This document shows positions 1 through 9,957 of a stretch of 52,140 bases of DNA, in pieces; within the stretch, counting starts at the first letter, position 1, and every line of letters starts with the position of its first letter. Source of the stretch: Candidatus Poseidoniales archaeon (GTDB lineage: Archaea; Thermoplasmatota; Poseidoniia; Poseidoniales; Poseidoniaceae). The translations under genes were made by a program, and so were the position numbers. The notes under the pieces were generated by a model that saw only the letters and a program-made list of their open reading frames with translations, made no database searches and was not told where the DNA came from. The stretch spans positions 15,924-68,063 of the forward strand of contig QQSA01000021.1 in the NCBI GenBank assembly GCA_003602535.1. The letters run 5' to 3'.

Positions 1-1487
1 CCTACAACTGCGCCAGTAGGCTTGTCGTTGATGTAGAAATTGCCTGCACTAAATCTAAGTGCAGCCAATGCGGTTTCAATATGTCTTCTGTCTTTAGCAA
101 AAATCGAACCAGTAAGTGCGTATTCTGAAGTAGAATCGCAGACTTCCAAAATTCTTTCAAAATCATCATCAGGATAAATGTGAATCGATAAAACAGGTCC
201 GAATATTTCTTCAGACATGCTTTCGTATCTCGAATCCTTACAAATTATGGTAGTAGGTTCAATGAAGTATCCCTTGGAGTCATCGTAATTTCCGCCAGTT
301 ACGATTTCACAACCTGAATCTTCCTTTGCACGCTCGATATATCCAACAATATTGTCGAAAGATTTTCTGTCGATAACTGCAGACATGAAGTTTGAGAAAT
401 CTCTTGGGTCGCCCATGGTAATCTTAGAAACTTCATTACAGTATTCTTCTTTAATAGAATCCCAAACGCTTTCTGGGATGTAAGCCCTACTCGCAGCACT
501 GCATTTTTGTCCTTGGAATTCAAATGCGCCTCTTAGAAGAGCAACGGTAAGTGCTCTTTGATCACAATCTGGGTGCGCTACGATGAAATCCTTCCCACCG
601 GTTTCTCCAACGATACGAGGGTATGATTTCAAATTCTCAAGATTGTTTGCGATATCTTTCCACATCTTTCTGAATACAGCTGTAGAACCTGTGAAGTGTA
701 CACCTGCTAATTCCGGATGAGTCATACAAATATCGCCAACAAGACTTGCCTTTCCTGGAATGAAATTGATTACACCTGGTGGTAAACCAGCATCCATCAT
801 TAGTTTCATTAATCTATAATTCGAGACATAGGAGTTCCTTGATGGCTTCCAAACTCCTGTATTGCCCATAATTGCTGCACTAGATGGAAGGTTTGCAGCA
901 ATACTACTGAAATTAAACGGAGTTACACTAAACACGAAACCTTCTAGAGGACGAACTTCACTTGAATTCCACATACTTGAAGGAGATACTGGTGGTTGTA
1001 GATCTTCGTAGATTTGGCGGCAATAATCGCTATTGAATCTCCAAAAGTCGATTAGCTCACAAGCAGAATCGATTTCTGCTTGATGGCAGGTTTTGGATTG
1101 ATTGAGCATAGTAGATGCATTGATTTCTGCCCTTCTTGGACCGGCTAGTAATTCACTTGCCTTTAGAAAAATTGCACATCGGGCTTCCCATGGCATATTT
1201 GACCACATGGTATGAGCATCAAGTGCGGATTGAATTGCTGCATTTACTTCTTCTTTACCAGCCATATGTACTCTGGCAATAACATGACTATGGTCATGAG
1301 GCATTACTTGCTCAACGATATCTCCAGTGAATACTTCTTCACCGTTGATTATGCATGGAATTTCTAATACTTCAGTTTCCTGTCTATCCAATTCTTCTCG
1401 CAATAACTTGCGTTCTTCGCTGCCAGGAAGGTAACCTAGAATTGGTTCATTTACGGGGGTAGGGGGTGCGACAATATTGTTCACCAT
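1..1487 (-). CDS. pruA: L-glutamate gamma-semialdehyde (1-pyrroline-5-carboxylate) dehydrogenase; C-terminus runs off the window edge
   Basis: Absent from the ORF track because it is open at the edge. Manual translation from ATG 1487: MVNNIVAPPTPVNEPILGYLPGSEERK..., with GETGGKDF and catalytic GAFEFQGQKCSAASRAY motifs. GGGGTG SD-like sequence upstream. Confidence 0.92.
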   Translation of the reverse strand, partial: MVNNIVAPPTPVNEPILGYLPGSEERKLLREELDRQETEVLEIPCIINGEEVFTGDIVEQVMPHDHSHVIARVHMAGKEEVNAAIQSALDAHTMWSNMPWEARCAIFLKASELLAGPRRAEINASTMLNQSKTCHQAEIDSACELIDFWRFNSDYCRQIYEDLQPPVSPSSMWNSSEVRPLEGFVFSVTPFNFSSIAANLPSSAAIMGNTGVWKPSRNSYVSNYRLMKLMMDAGLPPGVINFIPGKASLVGDICMTHPELAGVHFTGSTAVFRKMWKDIANNLENLKSYPRIVGETGGKDFIVAHPDCDQRALTVALLRGAFEFQGQKCSAASRAYIPESVWDSIKEEYCNEVSKITMGDPRDFSNFMSAVIDRKSFDNIVGYIERAKEDSGCEIVTGGNYDDSKGYFIEPTTIICKDSRYESMSEEIFGPVLSIHIYPDDDFERILEVCDSTSEYALTGSIFAKDRRHIETALAALRFSAGNFYINDKPTGAVV

Positions 1488-1524
1488 ATTCACCCCGAAG
1501 GGTTACGGCTCAAAATAATGCCCA

Positions 1525-2043
1525 TCAATACAAGTGCGACAATTTACTGCGAACTTTCGCCAATTTAGGCGCCACTACCATCTGACAGTAACCATTTCCT
1601 GGATTCAATTGGAAATAATTGTGATGATATTTCTCAGCCTCATGGTAATTTGATAATTCATCGATTTCAGTTACAATTTCATCATCAAAGTATTGTTGGA
1701 AATCATCTCGAACTTTGTCAGCGATTAATTTCTGCTCATCTCCTATGTAGTAGATAACCGAACGATATTGGGTTCCAATATCATTCCCTTGTCTATTCAA
1801 TTGAGTTGGGTCGTGAACTGTGAAGAATACTTCTAATATTGTCTCATAGGAGATAATTGATTCATCAAATATGATTTCAACAACTTCTGCATGACCGGTA
1901 ACTCCTGAACAAACTGAATTGTAATTTGGATTAGGATCGTGACCACCAGCATAAGCAGGTAATGCTGATTCAATACCTTTCATCTCCTTGTAAGCGCCTT
2001 CGACGCACCAGAAGCATCCTCCACCTACTACCGCTCTCGCCAT
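1525..2043 (-). CDS. msrA: Peptide methionine sulfoxide reductase A
   Basis: GGCFWC active site, GHAEVV, HDPTQLNRQGNDIGTQYRS and AEKYHHNY. Likely start is ATG 2043; the ORF extends to 2061. Confidence 0.95.
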   Translation of the reverse strand: MARAVVGGGCFWCVEGAYKEMKGIESALPAYAGGHDPNPNYNSVCSGVTGHAEVVEIIFDESIISYETILEVFFTVHDPTQLNRQGNDIGTQYRSVIYYIGDEQKLIADKVRDDFQQYFDDEIVTEIDELSNYHEAEKYHHNYFQLNPGNGYCQMVVAPKLAKVRSKLSHLY

Positions 2044-2140
2044 AATTCTTCCACTGTTCAATCATTTATTGACTTCTTTGAACACTGTTCATCAAAAACC
2101 GATGGATGGTGCTATTTAGTGTGGGCATAATCGAATTTAC

Positions 2141-4813
2141 ATGCGGGTCATGGCGTTGGTGATGATTCTGCTATTTTCGATAATTCCAATTAGTTCAGAG
2201 GCAACATCTGGTAGAGCCTTAAATACTGAAATTGTGATGAATGAGAGCATATGGACTTCTTCAGATTCAGTACAAGCTGAAATTTATGTTTCTGGAGCGC
2301 CATTCAACAGAGACATCATCTTGAATTGGGAATTGAGTGATGAGAATGCACTAATTGTTAATGGAACCGAATTGTTCCAGATGGGAGGTTCAACTCATAT
2401 CATACAATTGAGTTTAAGTCAATTTTACCGAGGTGGTACATTCCATGATTTGTCCGTTGAAGTGATTTTAGATTCATCAACTGCAACTGATAATCAACCA
2501 TTCACTGTCCTGAGAAACTCACTTCTTGAATCGGCTTCGAATTTGATAGTATTCGGTGATTCATTGTCGGATATGGGTAATGGCAACTCTAGTGCTGCTG
2601 TTTCATTGGTATTTTCTTCACCACCTTATTGGGAAGGCCGTTTCTCAAACGGACCTGTATGGATTGAGCACGTGTCAGATGATTATGGCCTTAGTACTTC
2701 TTTTGGGAATGGTATTTCTGCAGGAGATAACAGAGCATTTGGAGGTTCACAAACCGGTCAAGGATATTCATATGTAATCCTGCCCAATACTGGAGCCCAA
2801 ATCAATAGTTATCTTGCGAATGTTCAGTCAAGTTTCTCTAGCTCAGATGTTGTTTTCATTTGGGCTGGAGGAAATGATTTCCTGTATGGCACTGGAAATC
2901 CTGATGTGATTAGCCAAAATATGGCTTCGCATATTGAAACTCTAGCATTAGCGGGAGCTAGCAGGTTCGTAGTTGCCAACTTGCCACCACTTGAACTAAC
3001 ACCGGAAGGAGCAGGCCGAACAGCTCAACAACAAGCAACAATGGCTAGCGATATTGTTACTTACAATAGTAAGTTATCTCAAGAGATTAACAATTTGTCT
3101 AGCACTATGAATCTGGATATCACCTTAATTGATGCATGGACAATATTTCATCAAATTGTGAATAACGCAGATCATGTTGGGATAACAAATACTCAAGATC
3201 AAGCTTGCACAGGAGGGACTTCAATCGGATTAGTTCCTCTTCCAATATGTGGTTCAGGTGCAAATGTGGTATCCAATGTAGAAGAGTATCTCTTTTTCGA
3301 CAAAGCTCATCCGACAGCAACTATGCATGAGATAATTGGAAATTTTGCAGTCATGAATATTGGTGATCCTGATGTGGATGGAGATGGAATTATTGACCAA
3401 TTAGATCAATGTGAATGGACTAATGATTTTTCGACTGTAGATGAAGAAGGATGCGATTGGAATCAACAAGATGAGGATACAGATGGGGTAAATAATTCGG
3501 ATGATGATTGCTTCGAAACTTTAGAGGGATTCACAGTAGATGAAAATGGATGTGCAGACTACCAAAAGGATACTGACGGAGATGGTCTGACTGATGATAT
3601 AGACCCTTGTCCTGCGGACGTATCTGGAAACGACCATGACTCTGATGGATGCATTGATTTGGTTGATGATGATGACGATAATGATGGCATCTTAGATTCT
3701 GAAGATTCATGTGTACGTGGCCAAATTGGAGTCCATGACTTCGATTATGATCAAGATGGATGTCACGATGATGAAGATTTAGATGATGATAATGATGGAT
3801 TTTCAGATGAAGATGAATCTGAGGCCGGAAGCGATCCGTTTGATGTTGATAGTGATGATGACAATGTGTGGGATGCTGAAGACGCATTCCCTCTGGATCC
3901 AAGTGAATGGAAAGATAGTGATGAAGATGGTTATGGAGATAATAGCGATGCCTTCCCATACGATTCTAGTGAATGGTTAGATTCTGATTATGATGAGGTT
4001 GGTGACAATTCTGATGCTTTCCCTGATGATCCAACAGAATGGGATGATAGTGATGGTGATGGGTATGGAGATAATTCTGATGATTGTCCTTTGGTATCAG
4101 GCACCTCCTTTTTCCCCAAAGGGTGTCCAGATAGGGATTCTGATGGTTTCGCTGACGATATAGATCAGTTCCCTGATGATTCAGGAGATTGGGTTGATTC
4201 AGATTCAGATGGTTATGGAGATAATAATGACCAATTCCCAGATGATCCAGATGAATGGTTGGATACTGATCTGGATGGTTATGGCGACAATAGTGATGCA
4301 TTCCCCAATAATGACAGTGAATGGAATGATACAGATTTGGATGGCTGTGGCGATAATACAGATGCTTTCCCAACAGACTCAACCGAATGCATAGATTCAG
4401 ATTTAGATGGTGTTGGAGATAATTCTGATCCATGGCCGAATAATCCTCTTGAATGGGCAGACAGCGATTATGATGGTGTTGGAGACAATTCTGATTTTGA
4501 TCCTTATGATTCTTCAGAAACCTCGGACAGAGATGGAGATGGAGTTGGAGACAACTCCGATTTGTGGCCGGACGACCCACGAAAGAAAAGGGACAGTGAC
4601 GGCGATGGTGTTGCAGATTCAGTCGACGCATTCCCAAATAATCCTAGCCTTGAGTCCTGGTTTGGGGTATTGACTAGTTTGTTTGTGATAACCGGAATTG
4701 TAATTGCAGGTATATTCTTGTTCAAAAGGTCAAGAAATCCTGACTTGCCGCCGCACGAAGAAATACCTCCCGAAAAACCGCTAGAGGCTCCCAGTACCTT
4801 CGATTGGGACTGA
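2141..4813 (+). CDS. Secreted, membrane-anchored SGNH/GDSL esterase-lipase with thrombospondin type-3-like Ca-binding repeats
   Basis: Signal peptide; FGDSLSD, GRFSNGPVW, WAGGNDF and FFDKAHPT (SGNH blocks); about 20 D-x-D-x-DG-x-GDN-x-DAFP repeats; C-terminal TM helix and Pro-rich tail. Confidence 0.9.
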   Translation: MRVMALVMILLFSIIPISSEATSGRALNTEIVMNESIWTSSDSVQAEIYVSGAPFNRDIILNWELSDENALIVNGTELFQMGGSTHIIQLSLSQFYRGGTFHDLSVEVILDSSTATDNQPFTVLRNSLLESASNLIVFGDSLSDMGNGNSSAAVSLVFSSPPYWEGRFSNGPVWIEHVSDDYGLSTSFGNGISAGDNRAFGGSQTGQGYSYVILPNTGAQINSYLANVQSSFSSSDVVFIWAGGNDFLYGTGNPDVISQNMASHIETLALAGASRFVVANLPPLELTPEGAGRTAQQQATMASDIVTYNSKLSQEINNLSSTMNLDITLIDAWTIFHQIVNNADHVGITNTQDQACTGGTSIGLVPLPICGSGANVVSNVEEYLFFDKAHPTATMHEIIGNFAVMNIGDPDVDGDGIIDQLDQCEWTNDFSTVDEEGCDWNQQDEDTDGVNNSDDDCFETLEGFTVDENGCADYQKDTDGDGLTDDIDPCPADVSGNDHDSDGCIDLVDDDDDNDGILDSEDSCVRGQIGVHDFDYDQDGCHDDEDLDDDNDGFSDEDESEAGSDPFDVDSDDDNVWDAEDAFPLDPSEWKDSDEDGYGDNSDAFPYDSSEWLDSDYDEVGDNSDAFPDDPTEWDDSDGDGYGDNSDDCPLVSGTSFFPKGCPDRDSDGFADDIDQFPDDSGDWVDSDSDGYGDNNDQFPDDPDEWLDTDLDGYGDNSDAFPNNDSEWNDTDLDGCGDNTDAFPTDSTECIDSDLDGVGDNSDPWPNNPLEWADSDYDGVGDNSDFDPYDSSETSDRDGDGVGDNSDLWPDDPRKKRDSDGDGVADSVDAFPNNPSLESWFGVLTSLFVITGIVIAGIFLFKRSRNPDLPPHEEIPPEKPLEAPSTFDWD

Positions 4814-4869
4814 TTCAACTGACCATGCTAAATAGGGTTGGCAGACGGCCACGGTTTGGAGGAATGGCA

Positions 4870-6402
4870 ATGAAGGTGCGATTTGCAGATTTAGGCATAA
4901 GTGCTCAGATGTGTCATGAGTTGAAACGAGCAGGTTTTGACGAGCCCTTTGAAGTTCAAAGAGAAACTATCCCAGATATGATGTTGGGAAGGGATGTATG
5001 TTGCCGTGCTCCAACCGGAAGTGGAAAGACACTTGCCTTTGGAATTCCAATGTTAGAAAGGGTGGGGCGTGGAGAACCTAGTCTCCCTAAAGCATTGATT
5101 CTAACTCCAACTAGAGAATTGGCTGAACAAATACATGGAGTTCTTGACCCAATCGCTTGGGGATTAAACCTGAAAGTTATGTCGATTTACGGTGGTGTCT
5201 CTTACACCAAACAAATTCGTCGCTTGGACAAAGGCGTGGACGTAGTGGTAGCTTGCCCTGGCCGTCTTCTAGATTTAATCGATAGAGAAAATGTATTCCT
5301 TGATGAAGTCGAAATAGTAATTCTCGATGAAGCAGATAGAATGGCAGATATGGGATTCACAGATGATGTTTGTCAAATTCTCGAGGAATGTTCTCCTGAA
5401 CGTCAAACAATCATGTTTAGTGCAACATTGGATGATGATGTTGCAGAAATTAGAGATAAATATCAAACCGAACCTCAAATTATAGAAATTGGTCCTGAGG
5501 AAGTTTCAGTCACAGAAATGAATCATCACTTCTGGTTAATGCCTAATTCAATGAAGAGTAGAATTACTTCTGAAGTTATTCGTAAATCCGGCAGAGGTTT
5601 CGTATTTTGTAGAACTAGAGCTGGCGTAGATAGAGTTGCGGATGAATTGGAAGAAGAAGGATTGAGAGTCACTAGCATTCATGGAGGTATGCCTCAAAGA
5701 AAGCGCTCCCAGGCTGTTGAGGAATTCGGTGAAGGCAGAACTCATGCGATTGTAGCAACAGATGTTGCTGCACGCGGCCTAGACATCAAAGGAGTACACT
5801 GCGTAGTTCATTTTGATCCTCCTGAGAATGGGAAGGCGTTCAAACACCGCTCAGGCCGTACAGCTCGCGCTGGAGGTTCAGGCAATGTAATCAGTCTAGT
5901 TCAGAATCCACAGAAAGGCAAGTGGTCAAGAATTCAGAAGGAAGTAGGTCTCAAAATTAAGTTTTCAACTCCTGAATTCAAAGACGTAATCCAACATGAA
6001 GACATTTCACACATTTCAGCTCCAAGGCGTGGTGGAAGAAATTCAGGTGGCAGAAAAGATCGACGAGGTCGCTCAAATGATAGGCGTGACGGAAGGAGTG
6101 ACGGAAGGCACTATGGTAGGCGAAGTTGGTCCAAAGATTCGAACTCAGGCGGAGGCCGTGGAGGAGGCCGTGGCGGAGGCCGTGGCGGAGGACGTAGTGG
6201 AAATCGCGATGGTGAAGCAAGAGGCCGTGATGGTGGACGTGGCCGATCAGAAGGTGGTCGTGATGGTGGCCGAGGAAGATCAGGCGGCGGAGGAAAACCT
6301 CGTTTCAATAGAAATAATCGCCCACCAAAAGGGCCAGGTCGCAGTAGAGGACGTGGCGGAGATAACAAGAGAAAATCTCGGAATACTCACAATAGAAACT
6401 GA
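4870..6402 (+). CDS. DEAD-box RNA helicase (RhlE-like) with RGG-rich C-terminal tail
   Basis: APTGSGKT, PTRELA, LDEADRM, SAT, ARGLD and HRSGRTAR motifs. GGAGGA at 4858-4863 favours a start at 4870 (or 4864). Confidence 0.93.
   Translation: MKVRFADLGISAQMCHELKRAGFDEPFEVQRETIPDMMLGRDVCCRAPTGSGKTLAFGIPMLERVGRGEPSLPKALILTPTRELAEQIHGVLDPIAWGLNLKVMSIYGGVSYTKQIRRLDKGVDVVVACPGRLLDLIDRENVFLDEVEIVILDEADRMADMGFTDDVCQILEECSPERQTIMFSATLDDDVAEIRDKYQTEPQIIEIGPEEVSVTEMNHHFWLMPNSMKSRITSEVIRKSGRGFVFCRTRAGVDRVADELEEEGLRVTSIHGGMPQRKRSQAVEEFGEGRTHAIVATDVAARGLDIKGVHCVVHFDPPENGKAFKHRSGRTARAGGSGNVISLVQNPQKGKWSRIQKEVGLKIKFSTPEFKDVIQHEDISHISAPRRGGRNSGGRKDRRGRSNDRRDGRSDGRHYGRRSWSKDSNSGGGRGGGRGGGRGGGRSGNRDGEARGRDGGRGRSEGGRDGGRGRSGGGGKPRFNRNNRPPKGPGRSRGRGGDNKRKSRNTHNRN
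6148..6195 (+). repeat. 4x 12-bp tandem repeat GG(C/A)GGAGG(C/A)CGT encoding GGGR
   Basis: ggcggaggccgt ggaggaggccgt ggcggaggccgt ggcggaggacgt, read directly. Confidence 0.9.
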
Positions 6403-6468
6403 ATTGTTAGGATAATCTATGTTTCAAGTTAAACATGGTTTGATATACTTCATTGAGCAACTAGATTC

Positions 6469-9400
6469 ATGGTTGGTTATGGCCGTATGAATAATACGCC
6501 TACTGCTTCTCAGTTATCTGTGAGAAGTTGTTGCCTAATACTAGTCATGATATTGAGCAGTATGACTCCAATCGCTTCTGCTCAAAATGTCGCCCCAAAA
6601 TTTGCTGGTGCAACATTGAGCGAGAATCCAGAAGATGCTCCTTTGACTTATTCATTTTCGCCAGCTATTAGAGCCGCATTTGCCCGAGTAAGTGACCTCT
6701 CACAATATTCAGAATCAGAACTGGAAAGTACTTCCAAATGGGTGGTTGTTAGTTCTAATCCAATTGGCGAAGCAACAGGAATCCTTGCAAATACTTGGTA
6801 TGTTGAAGTAGACCCAAGTGATTCATTACAGTATTTTTCTAATCTACAAGATAGCGGAGAAATAGAAGTTGCCTATCCGTTGGTTAAAAGACAAATGACT
6901 CCAAAATGGATCCCTAATGATTCATATTTTACCGATCAATGGCATTTACAAAATACCGGACAAGAAAACGGAGTTTCAGGTGAAGATGTAAACATTACAG
7001 GAGCTTGGAATGATGTCCGTGGCACAGGTATTGTAATCGGAATTGTTGATGATGGCCTTGAATGGGATCATGCAGATCTCTCCACTAATTATGAATCTTC
7101 ATTAGATTATGATTATTGCAATTATGACGGTGATCCAACGCCAAGCAATTGGGATGCACATGGAACTGCAGCAGCAGGTGTTGCTGCTGCTACTGGAAAT
7201 AATGGCTTGGGAGTCAGTGGTTCTGCTCCCGATGCTTCTTTGGCTGGATTGATGTTAATCGCCTGCGGGAATTCGGACAGTGATGAAGCAAACACGTTAT
7301 CTCATCTGAATAATGACATCGATATTTACAGCAATAGTTGGGGCCCATCAGATGATGGAGATATCCTTGGGACTGCTGGGCCATTGATTTTAGCAGCATT
7401 TGAAGACGATGCCTACAATGGAAGAAACGGTCTTGGTAATATCATTACATGGGCTGCAGGCAATGGTTTAGGGAATGATGATGATTCAAATCTAGATGCA
7501 TATGCAAATAGTAGATTCACTATATCAGTTACCGCAGTTGGTAATGATGGTGAACAGACTAACTATGGTGAACCCGGTGCAAACGTTCTGATTTCTTCAC
7601 CTTCCTCTGATGGAAATGGGGTCGGAATTACTACTACTGATTTGGAAGGAAATAGCGGTTACACTAGTGGTGATTACACCAGTAGTTTCGGAGGAACATC
7701 AAGTGCGACCCCATTGGTTTCAGGCATAATTGCATTGATGCTAGAAGCTAATTCCAATTTGACCTGGAGAGATGTTCAGCAGATTCTTGTTGAGAGTGCT
7801 AGAACCAATGATCCTAATGATTCGGGTTGGAATACCAATGGTGCAGGCTTCGATTTTAATCACAAGTATGGTTTTGGAGTAATCGATGCAGGTCTCGCTG
7901 TAAATCTATCAAAGACATGGACTCAACTCGGCCCTGAAGTAAATATTAGTAGTGGGCAAATTACTGTCTCGCAATCTATCCCTGACAACGCTCCTAGCAC
8001 TCCTGTGGTCTCTTCACATGTGGTTGCAGAGTCCCTAATTGTTGAGTCAGTGGAAGTCATTTTTGATGCTGATCATACATATCGTAGCGATTTAGATGTA
8101 ACTTTAATCTCACCAGATGGAACCGAATCGGAATTAGTAAATTACTTTGCAAATCGAGATAGTGGTGATGACTACAATGAGTGGTTATTCAGTAGTGTAC
8201 AGCATTGGGGGGAAGTATCAGCAGGCACTTGGACTTTGGAAGTATATGATGACGGCAACCAAGATGTAGGTACATGGAATCATTGGGAGCTGATTATTCA
8301 TGGTACAGAGGTTGATTTAGACAGTGATGGTGATGGAATAACCGATTCAAATGAAACCGATGTATACGGGACAAATCCTGACAATCCAGATACTGATTAC
8401 GATGGCTTAAGTGATTATGTTGAGGTTTTCACAACAGGGACGAATGCTACCGATGCTGATACTGATGATGATTTCTTAAGCGATGGTGTTGAAATAAATA
8501 TCAACAATACCGACCCATTCGATAATGATACAGACGGTGATGGGTTAACTGATGGTCTCGAAGTTCTAAATTATTTCACAGACCCATTAGTAGCAGATCC
8601 TGATGCTGATGCTGATTCCTTTTATTGGTTCCAGGACTGCAATGATTCTAATGATCAAGTATATCCTTACGCTCTGGAAATACTAAATGGAATTGATGAT
8701 GATTGTGATAATTTGTGGGATGAAGGATACAATACTACAGATGAAGATTCTGACAATTTATCTGATTATTCTGAATATCACATACATGGTACAAATTTGT
8801 CAAACTTTGACACAGATGGCGATCTTCTAAGCGATGGAGATGAAGTTTTGATTTACTTCACAGACCCATTAGTCAAAGATAATGATTCAGATTTTGATGG
8901 TTGGTATTGGTTCGAAGATTGTGATGACAATAACTCTGCAATAAATCCTGATATTGTTGAATCACTTGATGGCATTGACAATAATTGTCGCGATGGAGTG
9001 GATGAAGATTTCATCGGTCAAGATTCAGATAGCGATGGATTATTGGATTTATTTGAATTTAACAATATGACAACTAATCCATTTGACCCAGATTCTGATG
9101 CTGATGGTTTAAACGATGGTACAGAGTACAATAATCTTTCAACTAACCCGATGGACAAAGATTCTGATGGCGATGGTTTAGAGGATGGAGAGGAAGTTCT
9201 CCAAACTCTTACCGATCCACTAGTTCCAGATTTGGATAATGATTCTGATGGTTTCCGTTGGTTCGAAGAATGTGATGATTCAAACCCTTTGATTAATCCA
9301 AATCAAGATGAGTTTTGGAATGGAATAGATGATGATTGTGATGAAGAAATCGATGAATTGGTAGACCGTTTAGATTACTTGACTAGTACTCCAGAAGAGT

Positions 9401-9957
9401 TCAATGTCTTGCTTAATGCTACATCAGATAATCTCGAGTTATCGATAAGCATAGACTTGAATCAACAAGAAATAGACAACTTGAATTTGTCAATTACATG
9501 GCTCAGAAATAGTACTGAGATTTCAACAGGAAAAGATTTGTTTGAACCCGCTTGGACTTGTGATGGTAACCAAACAGCCGAATTAGGTCTAATTCTATGT
9601 AACCATACAGGATTTATTGGCCCATGGATTGTTAGTGCTGTAATTTCAGATGGTAAACAAGATATCTATTTCACTTGGTATATTTCCTATGAAGTTTGGC
9701 ATCCTCCAGAGCCAGTCAGCGCTGAAGAAGATGAAACTGAATCAGCATCTGAATTCCAGATGTCTGTTAATCAGCTAGCCTACATTGGTGTTGGTGCAAT
9801 TATTGTGATTTTACTTGCAGTATTGTTATTCGGTGGTAAGAGGCCTCCTAAAAGTCAACAATCTGCATTCGTAGACCCTCGCTATCAATCAATGAATAAC
9901 CAGTATTCTGCAGTTCCTTCTGCGCCTACTTTACCGCCACCGCCGGGGGCATTTTAA
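6469..9957 (+). CDS. Kexin/furin-like S8 serine protease with P-domain, acidic repeats and C-terminal membrane anchor
   Basis: VDDGL, HGTAAAG, AAGNG and GGTSSATP (D/H/N/S); YSNSWGP, LTWRDVQ and NHKYGFG kexin signatures; P-domain (HWGE..GTWTLEVYD); three DC-x-D...E-x-x-NG-x-D-x-x-C units; TM near the C-terminus. Start may be 6487. Confidence 0.9.
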   Translation: MVGYGRMNNTPTASQLSVRSCCLILVMILSSMTPIASAQNVAPKFAGATLSENPEDAPLTYSFSPAIRAAFARVSDLSQYSESELESTSKWVVVSSNPIGEATGILANTWYVEVDPSDSLQYFSNLQDSGEIEVAYPLVKRQMTPKWIPNDSYFTDQWHLQNTGQENGVSGEDVNITGAWNDVRGTGIVIGIVDDGLEWDHADLSTNYESSLDYDYCNYDGDPTPSNWDAHGTAAAGVAAATGNNGLGVSGSAPDASLAGLMLIACGNSDSDEANTLSHLNNDIDIYSNSWGPSDDGDILGTAGPLILAAFEDDAYNGRNGLGNIITWAAGNGLGNDDDSNLDAYANSRFTISVTAVGNDGEQTNYGEPGANVLISSPSSDGNGVGITTTDLEGNSGYTSGDYTSSFGGTSSATPLVSGIIALMLEANSNLTWRDVQQILVESARTNDPNDSGWNTNGAGFDFNHKYGFGVIDAGLAVNLSKTWTQLGPEVNISSGQITVSQSIPDNAPSTPVVSSHVVAESLIVESVEVIFDADHTYRSDLDVTLISPDGTESELVNYFANRDSGDDYNEWLFSSVQHWGEVSAGTWTLEVYDDGNQDVGTWNHWELIIHGTEVDLDSDGDGITDSNETDVYGTNPDNPDTDYDGLSDYVEVFTTGTNATDADTDDDFLSDGVEININNTDPFDNDTDGDGLTDGLEVLNYFTDPLVADPDADADSFYWFQDCNDSNDQVYPYALEILNGIDDDCDNLWDEGYNTTDEDSDNLSDYSEYHIHGTNLSNFDTDGDLLSDGDEVLIYFTDPLVKDNDSDFDGWYWFEDCDDNNSAINPDIVESLDGIDNNCRDGVDEDFIGQDSDSDGLLDLFEFNNMTTNPFDPDSDADGLNDGTEYNNLSTNPMDKDSDGDGLEDGEEVLQTLTDPLVPDLDNDSDGFRWFEECDDSNPLINPNQDEFWNGIDDDCDEEIDELVDRLDYLTSTPEEFNVLLNATSDNLELSISIDLNQQEIDNLNLSITWLRNSTEISTGKDLFEPAWTCDGNQTAELGLILCNHTGFIGPWIVSAVISDGKQDIYFTWYISYEVWHPPEPVSAEEDETESASEFQMSVNQLAYIGVGAIIVILLAVLLFGGKRPPKSQQSAFVDPRYQSMNNQYSAVPSAPTLPPPPGAF

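Noticed and set aside
3531-4637. His-rich antisense ORFs (142 aa and 223 aa) and Met-rich alternative-frame ORFs
   Set aside because: Shadows of GAT/GAT codon runs in Asp-rich coding sequence.
3360-4650. Regularly spaced repeats (GGAGATAATTCTGA-like) resembling a CRISPR array; similar runs at 10450-11900
   Set aside because: The repeats are degenerate at third codon positions and encode in-frame TSP3-like motifs. There are no invariant repeats and no cas genes.
6111-6368. Pro/Arg-rich antisense ORF
   Set aside because: Reverse-complement shadow of the RGG tail.
9916-9927. PSAP motif as an ESCRT-I late domain
   Set aside because: A four-residue match in a Pro-rich tail is easily chance, and there are no ESCRT components in the window.
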